The notes below the pieces were generated by a model. It made no database searches. It was not told the DNA's origin and worked only from the letters and a program-made list of their open reading frames with translations. The translations under genes and the position numbers were made by a program. Source: Lachnospiraceae bacterium (lineage in GTDB: Bacteria > Bacillota > Clostridia > Lachnospirales > Lachnospiraceae). Taken from it: a DNA stretch of 64,000 bases. Positions 1 to 12,376 of the stretch are shown here, one piece after another. The stretch's first letter is position 1; every line of letters begins with the position of its first letter. The stretch covers positions 27,809-91,808 of the forward strand of contig JAFYYS010000035.1 of assembly GCA_017546025.1 (NCBI GenBank), given 5' to 3'.

Positions 1-570
1 CTTCCGATCATCGAAACCCAGGCAGGTGACGTTTCCGCGTACATCCCGACCAACGTAATCTCGATTACCGACGGTCAGATTTATCTCGAAACCGAAATGT
101 TCAACTCCGGTTTCCGTCCGGCTGTTAACGCCGGTCTGTCCGTGTCCCGTGTAGGCGGCGCGGCACAGATTAAGGCGATGAAGAAGATTGCCGGTCCGAT
201 TCGTATTGAACTTGCACAGTACCGTGAGCTTGCCGCTTTCTCCCAGTTCGGTTCGGACCTCGATGCCGACACGAAGGAAAAGCTTGCACAGGGCGAACGC
301 ATCCGTGAAATCCTGAAGCAGCCGCAGTACAAGCCCATGAAGGTATCCGAGCAGGTTATCATCATTTATGCCGCAACGAAGAAGTATCTCCTCGACATTC
401 CGGTGGCGAGAGTGCTTGCGTTCGAGACGGCTCTGATTAACTTGATTTATGCAAAATATGCCGAGGTGGAGGAGTCCATCCGCACCGCGAAGGAACTGAA
501 GCCCGAGACCGAAGCGCTTTTGGTAAAGGCTATCGAAGAGTGCAAGAGAGAGTTCCTTTCCGACAAATGA
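1..570 (+). CDS. atpA: F0F1 ATP synthase alpha subunit, C-terminal fragment (5' end lies outside the window)
   Basis: Frame 1 is open from base 1. The translation [30 protein letters not shown]...[19 protein letters not shown] is the conserved alpha core. It is followed by gamma, beta and epsilon in canonical order. Confidence 0.95.
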   Translation, partial: LPIIETQAGDVSAYIPTNVISITDGQIYLETEMFNSGFRPAVNAGLSVSRVGGAAQIKAMKKIAGPIRIELAQYRELAAFSQFGSDLDADTKEKLAQGERIREILKQPQYKPMKVSEQVIIIYAATKKYLLDIPVARVLAFETALINLIYAKYAEVEESIRTAKELKPETEALLVKAIEECKREFLSDK

Positions 571-601
571 CATGCCGGGCATATGAGAGAGGATTGACGT
601 T

Positions 602-2898
<2,297 letters not shown>

Positions 2899-2904
2899 CA
2901 AGTC

Positions 2905-3303
2905 GTGAGTGATAAGCAGCTGAAATTGAACATCTACTCGCCGAGCCGGATTTTCTATGAGGGAGAGGCGGATTTCGTCGAATTTGTCACAACCGAAGGC
3001 GAACTCGGCATCTATCCGGACCACATTCCGTTAACGGCAGTTGTGGCGCCCGGAATCCTTCGGATCACGAAGGACGGCAAGGTGCGCGAGGCAACGCTTC
3101 TGGACGGATTTGCGACGGTGCTGCCGCGCGAGATTACGGTCCTTTCCGAGGCATGCGAATGGCCGGAGGAGATTGATATCCACAGAGCCGAAGAGGCGAA
3201 GATCCGCGCTGAGCGGAAGCTTGCCATGGAGCAGACGCTTCGTGATGAGCTTGCTTTACGGCGCGCGCTTGTCCGCATTCAGATGGCAAGCAAGGCAAAA
3301 TAG
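2905..3303 (+). CDS. atpC: F0F1 ATP synthase epsilon subunit
   Basis: 132 aa, immediately after atpD. The LKLNIYSPSRIFYEGEADFV...GILRI pattern is typical of epsilon. Confidence 0.9.
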   Translation: MSDKQLKLNIYSPSRIFYEGEADFVEFVTTEGELGIYPDHIPLTAVVAPGILRITKDGKVREATLLDGFATVLPREITVLSEACEWPEEIDIHRAEEAKIRAERKLAMEQTLRDELALRRALVRIQMASKAK

Positions 3304-3365
3304 TTTCTGATGACAGGAGGGTCGGCGTGCCCTCCTGCTTGTGTAAAATACCATAAAGAGGTCAG

Positions 3366-4253
3366 GTGATAGAGATGGGTCTGATAGTGGTAACCGGTCT
3401 TTCGGGAGCCGGCAAATCGATAGCAATCAATGCCCTTGAGGATATGGGATACTATTGCGTCGACAATCTGCCGCCGCGGTTTCTGGTAAGCTTTGCCGAT
3501 CTGTACGGCATGTCGGAGAGCAACCTTGAGAAGAACATCGCGACGGTTGTCGACATCCGCGGCAAGGATATGTTCGGGGATTTCTTCCAGGCCATGGAGG
3601 AGCTCGGGAGGAAGCAGTATCCGTACCGGATTCTGTTCCTCGATGCGGACACCAAGACGCTAATCAACCGGTATAAATACACGAGAAGAAGACATCCGCT
3701 GATGGAGGAGGAGAACATCTCCCTCGAGGAAGCCATCACGGAGGAGCGCAACTTCTTAAAGTCCACGATGGACCGCGCGGACTACATTGTCGATACGTCG
3801 ACACTGAAGCCGATGCAGCTTCGAAAGAAGATACAGAGCCTCGTCGATACGTCGCACGGGAAGGGCGGGCTGATTCTTCGGGTTGTGTCGTTCGGTTTCA
3901 AGGAGGGAATTCCCTCCGACGCGGATATGGTATTCGATGTCCGCTGCCTGCCGAATCCGTACTATATTGACGAACTGAAGACACACGACGGAACGGAAGC
4001 GTGTGTGCAGGAATATGTGATGGGATTTGCCGAAAGCAGAGAGTTCTTCGACAAGACGGCAGCCATGATTTCGTACCTCCTTCCCTATTACCGGAAGGAA
4101 GGCAAAAACGAGCTCGTTGTAGCGTTCGGCTGCACGGGCGGAAGACACCGTTCGGTATGCTTTGCCGAGAAATTTGCCGAGCGCATGCGCGAGGAAGGCA
4201 ACTACGTTCTGCTGACGCACAGGGAACTGGAGAAGCATACGGAGAACATTTGA
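3366..4253 (+). CDS. rapZ: RNase adapter / nucleotide-binding protein RapZ (YvcJ family)
   Basis: Walker A GLSGAGKS near the N-terminus, then YYCVDNLPP and the C-terminal FGCTGGRHRSV motif. The start is ambiguous: GTG 3366 or ATG 3375. Confidence 0.9.
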   Translation: MIEMGLIVVTGLSGAGKSIAINALEDMGYYCVDNLPPRFLVSFADLYGMSESNLEKNIATVVDIRGKDMFGDFFQAMEELGRKQYPYRILFLDADTKTLINRYKYTRRRHPLMEEENISLEEAITEERNFLKSTMDRADYIVDTSTLKPMQLRKKIQSLVDTSHGKGGLILRVVSFGFKEGIPSDADMVFDVRCLPNPYYIDELKTHDGTEACVQEYVMGFAESREFFDKTAAMISYLLPYYRKEGKNELVVAFGCTGGRHRSVCFAEKFAERMREEGNYVLLTHRELEKHTENI

Positions 4254-4264
4254 GGAGGAGAAGA

Positions 4265-5281
4265 ATGAAGGTATTACTTGCAGGGGGAGCCGGCTACATC
4301 GGAACCCATACGGCGGTAGAGATGTTGAACGCCGGACACGAGGTTGTCATCGTTGACAATTATTATAACAGCTGTCCCGAGGCAGTTCGCCGCGTGGAGA
4401 AGATTACCGGTAAGAAGATTGCGCTTTATGAAGCGGATGCCACCGATAAGGAAGCGATGCGTGGCATTTTCCAAAAAGAGAAGATTGAGGCGGTTGTGCA
4501 TTTCGCGGGCATGAAGGCAGTAGGCGAGTCGGTTGCCAAGCCTTTGATGTATTACCGGAACAACCTGGATACGACGCTGACGCTTCTTGAAGTGATGAAG
4601 GAATGCAAATGCACGAAGTTCATCTTCAGCTCGTCCGCGACGGTTTACGGAGACCCGGACAGCCTGCCGCTTTTCGAGAATGCGCCGAAGAAGGCGTGCT
4701 CGAATCCGTACGGCTGGACGAAGTGGATGATTGAGCAGATTCTGGTGGATGCTGCCGCAGCAGACCCCGAGCTGAGCGTTGTGCTGCTTCGTTACTTCAA
4801 CCCGATTGGGGCGCATGAGAGCGGCATAATCGGGGAGGACCCGAAGGGCATTCCGAACAATCTGATGCCGTTCATCGCACAGGTGGCTGTCGGCAGAAGA
4901 GACCACCTGAATGTGTTCGGTAACGATTATCCGACGCCGGACGGAACATGCATCCGCGACTATATTCACGTCGTTGACCTGGCGAAGGGTCATGTGTGCG
5001 CCGCGAAATATACCGAAAGCCATAAGGGCTGCGAGATTGTCAACCTCGGTACCGGTAAAGGCAGCAGCGTGCTTGACATGGTTGAGGCGTTCGAGCGCGT
5101 GAACGGCGTGAAGATCCCGTATGAGATTACGGCGCGCCGCCCCGGCGACATCGCAGTCAACTACGCGAACGCCGATAAGGCGAAGGAACTGTTCGGCTGG
5201 ACAGCGGAGAAGACGCTTGACGATATGTGCCGCGATACCTGGAAGTGGCAGTCGCAGAACCCGAACGGTTACGCCGACTGA
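4265..5281 (+). CDS. galE: UDP-glucose 4-epimerase
   Basis: MKVLLAGGAGYIGTHT Rossmann motif, SSSATVYG, and YGWTKWMIEQIL (YxxxK). ATG 4265 follows GGAGGAG. The longer ORF from 4001 overlaps rapZ and is rejected. Confidence 0.93.
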   Translation: MKVLLAGGAGYIGTHTAVEMLNAGHEVVIVDNYYNSCPEAVRRVEKITGKKIALYEADATDKEAMRGIFQKEKIEAVVHFAGMKAVGESVAKPLMYYRNNLDTTLTLLEVMKECKCTKFIFSSSATVYGDPDSLPLFENAPKKACSNPYGWTKWMIEQILVDAAAADPELSVVLLRYFNPIGAHESGIIGEDPKGIPNNLMPFIAQVAVGRRDHLNVFGNDYPTPDGTCIRDYIHVVDLAKGHVCAAKYTESHKGCEIVNLGTGKGSSVLDMVEAFERVNGVKIPYEITARRPGDIAVNYANADKAKELFGWTAEKTLDDMCRDTWKWQSQNPNGYAD

Positions 5282-5307
5282 ATTCCTGCAGCGAAGAGGA
5301 GAAAAAT

Positions 5308-6003
5308 ATGATCGGAATTATCGGAGCCATGGAATCCGAGGTCGAGAGACTTCGTGAGGCAATGGTAGTTGAGAAAACGGAAAATGTAGCGGGAATGAAA
5401 TTCTACTGCGGTAGAATAGATGGCACCGAGTGTGTGGTTGTCCGCTCGGGCATCGGCAAAGTCAACGCCGCCATCTGCACGCAGATCCTGTGTGACCTTT
5501 TCCCGATTACCAGCATTTGGAATACCGGCATCGCCGGCTCGCTTCGCGCCGAAATCAATATCGGAGACATTGTTATCTCGACCGACGCGATTCAGCATGA
5601 TATGGACGCACGCTACTTCGGCTATGAGCCGGGTGTCATCCCTCAGCAGAAGGTGTCCGCATTCCCGGCGGACGAGGCACTCGCCGAAAGAGCCGAGGCA
5701 GTCTGCAAAACGGTCAACCCCGACATTTCCGTGTTCCGCGGACGCGTGCTCTCGGGCGACCAGTTCATTGCGGAAAAGGAGAAGAAGCAGTGGCTTTCCG
5801 ATACCTTCGCCGGCATGTGCACCGAGATGGAGGGCGCGGCCATCGCGCATGCAGCTTATAAAAACGGCATGCCGTTTCTGATCATCCGTGCCATCTCGGA
5901 CAAGGCGGACGATTCCGCGACCGAGGATTATACAACATTTGAAAAGAAAGCAATCGACCATATGGTAAGGTTGACACTTGCATTACTGAAGGAGGAAGCA
6001 TAA
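5308..6003 (+). CDS. mtnN: 5'-methylthioadenosine/S-adenosylhomocysteine nucleosidase
   Basis: MIGIIGAMESEV...VVRSGIGKVNAA...GDQFI...TEMEGAAIAH...IRAISDKAD are the Pfs/MtnN signature blocks. The RBS GAGGAG lies upstream of ATG 5308. Confidence 0.9.
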   Translation: MIGIIGAMESEVERLREAMVVEKTENVAGMKFYCGRIDGTECVVVRSGIGKVNAAICTQILCDLFPITSIWNTGIAGSLRAEINIGDIVISTDAIQHDMDARYFGYEPGVIPQQKVSAFPADEALAERAEAVCKTVNPDISVFRGRVLSGDQFIAEKEKKQWLSDTFAGMCTEMEGAAIAHAAYKNGMPFLIIRAISDKADDSATEDYTTFEKKAIDHMVRLTLALLKEEA

Positions 6004-6251
6004 TGGTTTATCAGACAAGCGGAACCTGTTCCCGCGAGATTCACTACGATATCGTTGAGGAAGACGGAAAGAAAGTAGTTCGTAACGTAAAATACATCGG
6101 CGGATGCAACGGCAATCTGCAGGGCATCGGCCGTCTGGTGGAAGGCCTTCCGGTAGAGGAAGTTGTGGAGAAGCTGAAGGGAATCCGCTGCGGCTTCAAG
6201 TCCACCTCCTGCCCGGACCAGCTGGCGCAGGCACTTTCGAAGGAGCTGTAA
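6003..6251 (+). CDS. TSCPD-domain small protein (TIGR03905-like four-Cys family)
   Basis: 82 aa containing the literal TSCPD motif (FKSTSCPDQL) plus GGCNGN. Its start overlaps the mtnN stop (TAATG). Confidence 0.7.
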   Translation: MVYQTSGTCSREIHYDIVEEDGKKVVRNVKYIGGCNGNLQGIGRLVEGLPVEEVVEKLKGIRCGFKSTSCPDQLAQALSKEL

Positions 6252-6285
6252 GAATTCCGATAGGAAAGAAGGAGTTTTACCCGGA

Positions 6286-7350
6286 ATGAAGAAGATTGTT
6301 CTGACGGGCGGGGGAACGGCAGGTCATGTCACCCCCAACATCGCGCTGCTTCCGTCACTTAAGGAAGCAGGATTTGAAGTCTATTATATCGGCTCGAAAG
6401 AGGGTATTGAGAAGCAGCTGATTGAGAACCTCGGGATTCCGTATTACGGCATTTCCTCGGGTAAGCTTCGCCGCTATTTCTCCTGGAAGAATTTCACCGA
6501 CCCGTTTCGGGTTTTGAAGGGCTGTCGGGAAGCAAAGAAGATCATGAAGGAACTGAAGCCCGACGTCGTATTTTCCAAGGGGGGCTTCGTGACCGTGCCG
6601 GTCGTAAGGGCCGCTGGCAAATGTAAAGTTCCCGTCGTGTGTCACGAGTCGGATATGACACCGGGACTTGCCAACCGGATCGGAATGCGGTATGCGACGA
6701 AGATCTGCTGCAATTTTCCGGAGACGCTGCCGAAGCTTAAAGGAAAGGGCATTCACACCGGAACGCCGATCCGGCAGGAGCTCTTTACGGGAAGCCGGGA
6801 AGCGGGGCTTTCGTTCGTCGGCCTTTCCGCTGACAAGCCGGTCATTCTGGTGGTCGGCGGAAGCACCGGAGCACTTCGCGTGAACGAGGCGGTTCGCGGC
6901 ATCCTTCCGGAGCTTTTGAAGGAGTATCAGGTAATTCATCTGTGCGGAAAGGGCAAGACCGACCCGTCCTTTGACGGCACGCCCGGCTATGTGCAGATGG
7001 AGTATTGTGATAAGGAGATGAAGGATTTGTTCGCAGCGGCCGACATCGTGATTTCAAGAGCCGGGGCAAATGCCATCTGTGAGCTTCTCGCACTCCGTAA
7101 GCCGAATCTTCTGATTCCGCTGTCCGCCGAGGCGAGCAGAGGCGACCAGATTCTGAACGCGGCTTCCTTTGAGAAGCAGGGCTTCAGTATGGTTTTGCAG
7201 GAAGAGGAAATCACGAAGGAGAAGCTTCTTGGTAAGGTGCAGGAGCTCTTTGCAAAGAAAGACGAATATACAAAGACGATGTCGGAAAGCGAAACCGGCG
7301 ATGCCGTGAAAACGATTGTCGGACTGCTTAACGGATTCGTGAAACAGTAG
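6286..7350 (+). CDS. murG: Undecaprenyldiphospho-muramoylpentapeptide beta-N-acetylglucosaminyltransferase
   Basis: MKKIVLTGGGTAGHVTPNIAL N-terminal G-loop and a C-terminal SRAGANAICELL block. Confidence 0.93.
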   Translation: MKKIVLTGGGTAGHVTPNIALLPSLKEAGFEVYYIGSKEGIEKQLIENLGIPYYGISSGKLRRYFSWKNFTDPFRVLKGCREAKKIMKELKPDVVFSKGGFVTVPVVRAAGKCKVPVVCHESDMTPGLANRIGMRYATKICCNFPETLPKLKGKGIHTGTPIRQELFTGSREAGLSFVGLSADKPVILVVGGSTGALRVNEAVRGILPELLKEYQVIHLCGKGKTDPSFDGTPGYVQMEYCDKEMKDLFAAADIVISRAGANAICELLALRKPNLLIPLSAEASRGDQILNAASFEKQGFSMVLQEEEITKEKLLGKVQELFAKKDEYTKTMSESETGDAVKTIVGLLNGFVKQ

Positions 7351-7353
7351 GAT

Positions 7354-7388
7354 ACACCGCAGAGTGACATACATTCTGCGGTGTTTTT
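7354..7388 (+). terminator. Rho-independent terminator after murG
   Basis: ACACCGCAGA / TCTGCGGTGT 10-bp stem followed by a T-run. Confidence 0.8.
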
Positions 7389-7549
7389 CAATGGAAAGTG
7401 ACGCAATATGCGTCTTATTTGCATTTTTCACAAAAACCGTCCGTAAAAGCTTTTGCAAAACACAAGGTCCGTAGGGTACTATTATAGTATCAATACGGAC
7501 TTTTTATTTGTTCGGACGCGTATCAGGCGAAGAGAGGAGGATGGTTTAT

Positions 7550-9496
7550 ATGAAAAATACGAAAAAAGCTTTTGCAGTCCTGCTGGCGCTTCTGATGGTT
7601 TCGGCCATGACGCTTGGCGGCTGCGGCGAAGACGACGATGACGGCGGCGGAAAGCGGAAGAAACCGACCGAGGAAGGAACGCTGGAAACGGGTGAAAAGC
7701 TTTGCAAAGCACTCAAAATCGGGTCTGAGCTTCCGAAGAGCGTCAACCTGACCGAGCAGTCGGACAACGGAACGGATATGTACATGACGATGGACGCCGG
7801 TCATATCCAAAACTTCATGAACGTTCTCTCGGAAGTGACGATCGGCGATTATAAGGGAACGACCAAGGAGAAGAAACTTAACTCGCTGAAGCTTAAATGG
7901 AGCGACGGCAAGGAGATTGAGATTTTGTATTCTGAGGGGCGATTCATCTATAAGACGGACGACGGCAACGAAGAGTACAAGCTGACCGGCAAGACACTGA
8001 AGGATGCGGCGGAGGCGCTTCGGGACGACGTGGAGGCCTCCGGGCTGGTAACCGTGACCTGCAAGGAGCTCGGCTTCAAAACGAAGGCATCGAGCGTTGC
8101 GCAGACGGAATATGACGAGGATGCCGGCTTCTATATCGGCGTCGGTCCGGGCACGCCGAGCAACGTTCCTTACGTGCTAATCTACCGCTACCGGGATGCG
8201 AAATGTACCGCAGCCCAGTACTTTGAGCAGATGGGAATTCCGTTCTTCAAGGAGAACTACGGGAGTGACCTCATCTCGTACAGCGACGTGGAGAAGCTTG
8301 ACGCGCAGCTTGCCGACGGCACGGAAAAGACGTTCTACGGGTGCACGTTCACGTATGAGGCATACGGAAACCGCCTGTGCGCATACCGCCTGGTCGGGCA
8401 GTTCGGAAGCGACATCATATACTTCACCGCAAAGTATGCTGACGGTGACGAGGACATGATGAATGACGCGATGGAAACACTCGAAAACGCTGCGATTTAT
8501 TTCTCCTTAACGGACGGCAGTGTTGTCTCGAAGCCTGAACCGACGGATACGCCGAAGCCGACCGGCAAACCGAATCCTGACGGAAACTTCAAGGTGGTCG
8601 CAAGCCCTGCTTCGCAGGTCACCTATGTCAAATACGACAACGGCCTGTTCAGTGCGCAGGTTCCGAAGGGCTGGGTTGTGGAAACCCATGACAAGTCGGA
8701 TTACATTCATTACACGTTCCAGATCTACGATCCGGAGAACCCGAATCTGCGCATCGTTTATAACATGCAGACGAGTGATTACTGGGCTACGAAGGCGGAT
8801 TACGATTTCTACCATAACCTCTATCCGACCTCGATTCTGTGCCAGAACCCCTGGCTCGAGGAACAGTCCACTATGGGAATCCTCCCGGCGTTCTTCAAAG
8901 CCGTAATCGACGGAAACTATTTCACCTTCCGCAGGCTGTCGGGTTTTGAAAAAATCGAGACCCTCGGGAAAGACCCGTTCGGCGGGGAAATCATTCATGC
9001 CACGGCGCTTGACCCTGACGGGAAGAAGGTGGAGGGCATCTTCGGGTGCTCCTTCCAGATCCTTAATATGTATTATGTGAACTTTGCCAATGTTTACGGG
9101 ATGGTCATGATGACCGCTCCGGAGGGCGAGCTCAGCAACTGGATTGAAGTGCTTGAGCATGTATACGGTTCAATCGAATACAGCCAGTTTTATCAGACAG
9201 AGCTGAATAAGCAGCTGATTGCAAGCGGACAGGCGACAAGGGAAATCGCCAGAATCTGCTCGCAGACAACCGATATCGTCATCAGCGGCTGGGAGTCGAG
9301 ACAGGCAGCTTACGACCGGATCTCCCAGAAGCAGAGCGATGCGACACTCGGATATGAGAGAGTCTACGACACGGAGAAGAACGAAATCTACCGGGCACCG
9401 CTTGACTTCTTCGACAACTATTCCGGAAGCCGTTATCAGCCGGTTACGGACAATCAGTACCTGCTTCCAATCGACGGATACATTCAGTGGAAGTAA
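7550..9496 (+). CDS. Putative lipoprotein, unknown function
   Basis: MKNTKKAFAVLLALLMVSAMTLGGCG is a signal peptide plus lipobox, followed by a D/G-rich linker. ATG 7550 lies 10 nt after AGAGGAGG. I recognise no family. Confidence 0.75.
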   Translation: MKNTKKAFAVLLALLMVSAMTLGGCGEDDDDGGGKRKKPTEEGTLETGEKLCKALKIGSELPKSVNLTEQSDNGTDMYMTMDAGHIQNFMNVLSEVTIGDYKGTTKEKKLNSLKLKWSDGKEIEILYSEGRFIYKTDDGNEEYKLTGKTLKDAAEALRDDVEASGLVTVTCKELGFKTKASSVAQTEYDEDAGFYIGVGPGTPSNVPYVLIYRYRDAKCTAAQYFEQMGIPFFKENYGSDLISYSDVEKLDAQLADGTEKTFYGCTFTYEAYGNRLCAYRLVGQFGSDIIYFTAKYADGDEDMMNDAMETLENAAIYFSLTDGSVVSKPEPTDTPKPTGKPNPDGNFKVVASPASQVTYVKYDNGLFSAQVPKGWVVETHDKSDYIHYTFQIYDPENPNLRIVYNMQTSDYWATKADYDFYHNLYPTSILCQNPWLEEQSTMGILPAFFKAVIDGNYFTFRRLSGFEKIETLGKDPFGGEIIHATALDPDGKKVEGIFGCSFQILNMYYVNFANVYGMVMMTAPEGELSNWIEVLEHVYGSIEYSQFYQTELNKQLIASGQATREIARICSQTTDIVISGWESRQAAYDRISQKQSDATLGYERVYDTEKNEIYRAPLDFFDNYSGSRYQPVTDNQYLLPIDGYIQWK

Positions 9497-9510
9497 ACCG
9501 AAAACAATAC

Positions 9511-9548
9511 GAGGGTAGCGGAGACAATCCGCTGCCCTCAGTTTTTTT
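9511..9548 (+). terminator. Rho-independent terminator
   Basis: GAGGGTAGCGG / CCGCTGCCCTC stem (one G-U pair) followed by TTTTTTT. Confidence 0.75.
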
Positions 9549-9570
9549 GTCAGCAAAATAAGGAAGCTTT

Positions 9571-9987
9571 TCAGTCGATGGCGGCGCGAAGCTTTGCGGC
9601 AAGGCCGGCTGCTTCGCCGTCCTCGTAGCTTCCCTGCGGCCAAACCGGAAGGATGCCGTCGCCTTCATAACGCGGAACAACATGAACATGCAGATGGAAT
9701 ACGGACTGGCCGGCAGCTGTTCCGTTGTTCTGCAGGATGTTGACACCGTCACAGCCGAGCGTATCCTTTACCGCCTGAGCGACCTTCTTCGCAACCGGGA
9801 AAACCTTCGCGGCAGTCTCTTCGTCAAGCTCGAAGATGTTGGCCGCATGCTTCTTCGGAAGGATGATGGTGTGGCCCTTGTGGGCGGGAGCAATATCGAG
9901 AATGGCACGGAAATCGTCGTCCTCATATACGGTGGCGGAAGGAATCTGCCCCGCAGCAATCTTACAGAAAATGCAATTATCGTTCAT
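9571..9987 (-). CDS. HIT-family (histidine triad) nucleotide hydrolase
   Basis: MNDNCIFCKI...ILDIAPAHKGHTIILPKKH...HLHVHVVPR contains the HxHxHxx triad. Confidence 0.9.
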   Translation of the reverse strand: MNDNCIFCKIAAGQIPSATVYEDDDFRAILDIAPAHKGHTIILPKKHAANIFELDEETAAKVFPVAKKVAQAVKDTLGCDGVNILQNNGTAAGQSVFHLHVHVVPRYEGDGILPVWPQGSYEDGEAAGLAAKLRAAID

Positions 9988-10066
9988 GGGTGACCTCCTG
10001 AGTTGTACTTCAGGAAATATTTTACCACTTTTTGCGAAAGAATAAAAGGGAAAAAACGCCTTCCGT

Positions 10067-10096
10067 ATTGCGACGCAATGGGATATTTGCTATAAT
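10067..10096 (+). promoter_or_regulatory. Candidate operator palindrome plus extended -10 upstream of the LytTR operon
   Basis: Perfect 13-bp palindrome ATTGCGACGCAAT (10067-10079), followed by TGcTATAAT (10088-10096). Confidence 0.35.
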
Positions 10097-10144
10097 ATTT
10101 CCGTTGATGTACTTTATGCTAAGAAACGGCAGGGAATACTGATT

Positions 10145-10864
10145 ATGAGGATTGCTATTGCGGATGACAGCAGGGAGGACATGGAACACCTGCGGGCGGA
10201 ACTCTATAAAGTGTTCAATGAGTTCGGCTATACGATGGACAATGTGAGGGCCTTCCCGAGCGGAGAGAGCATCCTCAATGACTTTCAGCCCGGGATGTAC
10301 GATATCATTTTCCTCGACATTTTCATGGGAGGCATCACGGGCGTAGTGGCAGCGGAGAAGATCCGCGAGATGGACGACAAGGTCAGCATCATCTTCACGA
10401 CGACGTGCAACGATTATGCCAACCAGAGCTACCGCCTTCGAGCGTCGTATTATCTGCTGAAGCCTTTCGGCACCGAAGAGGTGCGGCAGATGATCCGGAT
10501 GATTGACCTGCACCGGTTCGAGGCGGAGCGTACCGTGGAGTTTCCGGACGGAAGCAAGTGCCGGCTTCACGATATCATTTACACGGAATATTCCAACCAC
10601 AAAATCACGATTCACCTGACTGGGGGTCGGACGCACAGCGTCTGGATGTCCCAGACGGAGATGGAGGACCTGTTGTGCGGGCTCGGGGACTTTTTCACCT
10701 GCACGAAGGGTATTCTGATCAGTCTCGAGCAGATTCGCGATCTGGACGAAGACTGTGTGAAATTATGTAACGGGGATGTTGTGCCGGTGAGCCGCGCAAG
10801 ACGTCCGGAACTGAAGAAAGCGCACGCGGAGTTTGCCATTCGCAGTCTCCGAAACAGAGGATAG
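10145..10864 (+). CDS. LytTR-family response regulator
   Basis: The receiver domain (MRIAIADD...IIFLDIFMGG) is followed by a C-terminal LytTR-like DNA-binding region (...IIYTEYSNHKITIHL...VPVSRARRPELKK). Confidence 0.9.
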   Translation: MRIAIADDSREDMEHLRAELYKVFNEFGYTMDNVRAFPSGESILNDFQPGMYDIIFLDIFMGGITGVVAAEKIREMDDKVSIIFTTTCNDYANQSYRLRASYYLLKPFGTEEVRQMIRMIDLHRFEAERTVEFPDGSKCRLHDIIYTEYSNHKITIHLTGGRTHSVWMSQTEMEDLLCGLGDFFTCTKGILISLEQIRDLDEDCVKLCNGDVVPVSRARRPELKKAHAEFAIRSLRNRG

Positions 10865-10867
10865 TTT

Positions 10868-12199
10868 ATGGAATACGCGCCTTGGGAATTTGTCATGTAT
10901 AATGTGCTGCGAACGGGAGTACTGGTTCTGTTCGCCTATCCCTTCCTGCGCGACAAGGGAAGATTTTCCGAGAAGACAACAAAATTCTTTTTTGTGCTTC
11001 TCGAGGTATTGTGGATTATCATCGCCATGCTCGGGTACACCGAACCGATCAAATCAATCCCGTTCGAGCCGAAGATTGAAGTGGCGCAGACCGTCATGAT
11101 GGTCATTGTCCTTTTGATTGCCATCAAGGAGAGACCGGGCAAGCTTTTGTTCGTTCTGTTTGAATTATATACACTCGGTACGTTTATTTCGCTTCTGGCG
11201 AAATACTTAGAAATCACATTTGTCCATGATATGGCATATCAGAAATACCGCTGGACGGCGTCTGTTTCCATTGTCATCGTCAACACATTCGTCCTGGTGC
11301 CGATCATATTCCTGATTCATAAGGATTTCAAAGCGGCGATGGGCAAGACCGGAGACAGCACGATGTGGCGTTATCTGTGGCTGATCCCCGGCGCATTTTA
11401 TCTGTTCTGGATGCAGAGCTTTTATTCGACATACGGCGCGACGCTTGATTACGCGAGCAAAGCCGAGAATATCATCTTCATCGGAACGATTGAGATCGCG
11501 GCGCTGTTCATCTATCATATGGTCGTCCGGCTGGTCGTCGAGCACGACAGCCTTTTGCAGGAGAAGATTCTGACCCATTCGCTGCAGATGCAGGTTATGG
11601 AATTCAATGACCTGAGCAACCGAATCAATGACGCGAGAAAGTCCCGTCACGACCTGAGACACCACCTCGCCGTTTTGGAGAACATCGCCGAGAAGATGGA
11701 CCGCCAGGCACTTCGGGATTACATCGACGAGTTCCGGGCCGTGAACCGTCTCGACGAGGTCATGACCTATTGTGAAAACGTGACGGCCAACGCCGTATTG
11801 ACATACTTCGGTCAGGTGGCAGCAGAGCAGGAAACCGCCTATAAGGTCGACTTCTTCATGCCGGAGAATGTGCACATCGACCGCTGCGACATCTCCGTAC
11901 TTCTCGGCAACATTCTGGAAAATGCCGTAGAGGCCTGCACCAAGCTCCCGAAGGGGACTGCTTTCGTGAATGTGAAGGGCGGAATGCTGAATGAAGGTGT
12001 TCTGGCATTTGACGTGGAGAATTCCTGTCGGAATGAACTTAAAGTGGATCCGGACGGTTCCATCCGCTCGACCAAACACGAAGGCAAAGGCTTCGGAACG
12101 GAATCGGTCCGCGGCATTGTGGAACGACATAAGGGAACGGTAAACTTCGAAGCAGACGAAGACAGGTTCCGTGTTTCGGTGGTAATGTATATTAAGTGA
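10868..12199 (+). CDS. Membrane sensor histidine kinase, AgrC/ComD-like (HPK10-type GHKL)
   Basis: About 6 N-terminal TM helices, then an H-box region (SRHDLRHHL), an N-box (LGNILENAVEA) and a G-box (GKGFGTESV). It starts 3 nt after the regulator stop. Confidence 0.85.
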   Translation: MEYAPWEFVMYNVLRTGVLVLFAYPFLRDKGRFSEKTTKFFFVLLEVLWIIIAMLGYTEPIKSIPFEPKIEVAQTVMMVIVLLIAIKERPGKLLFVLFELYTLGTFISLLAKYLEITFVHDMAYQKYRWTASVSIVIVNTFVLVPIIFLIHKDFKAAMGKTGDSTMWRYLWLIPGAFYLFWMQSFYSTYGATLDYASKAENIIFIGTIEIAALFIYHMVVRLVVEHDSLLQEKILTHSLQMQVMEFNDLSNRINDARKSRHDLRHHLAVLENIAEKMDRQALRDYIDEFRAVNRLDEVMTYCENVTANAVLTYFGQVAAEQETAYKVDFFMPENVHIDRCDISVLLGNILENAVEACTKLPKGTAFVNVKGGMLNEGVLAFDVENSCRNELKVDPDGSIRSTKHEGKGFGTESVRGIVERHKGTVNFEADEDRFRVSVVMYIK

Positions 12200-12311
12200 T
12201 TAACGGACTACGTTAGTAGAAAAACAGGGGTCCGAAAATTCGACAGAAGTAGTGTACTGAAAACGCTACTATATGAAAAATCGCACACGTACGCGTATAC
12301 GCGTATACGAG

Positions 12312-12341
12312 AAAAGGAGAGCCAAAACGGCCCTCCTTTTC
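12312..12341 (+). terminator. Terminator of the two-component operon
   Basis: AAAAGGAGAGCC / GGCCCTCCTTTT imperfect hairpin ending in a T-run. Confidence 0.6.
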
Positions 12342-12376
12342 ATTCGTTTATACGGAATATTCGCCGAATATGCACC

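Noticed and set aside
4001-4264. N-terminally extended ORF-track starts for galE. The same issue applies to 5227, 12454, 21429, 26278, 34764, 41293, 54585, 56864, 58312 and 60135.
   Set aside because: The extensions overlap the preceding gene or a regulatory RNA, such as the T-box for 34764, and lack RBSs. Internal ATG, GTG or TTG codons with good Shine-Dalgarno spacing coincide with the conserved protein N-termini.
10145-12199. Complete agr-type quorum-sensing locus.
   Set aside because: Only the AgrA-like (LytTR) and AgrC-like components are present. I found no AgrB-like membrane protease or short AgrD-like peptide ORF in the flanking 1 kb on either strand.
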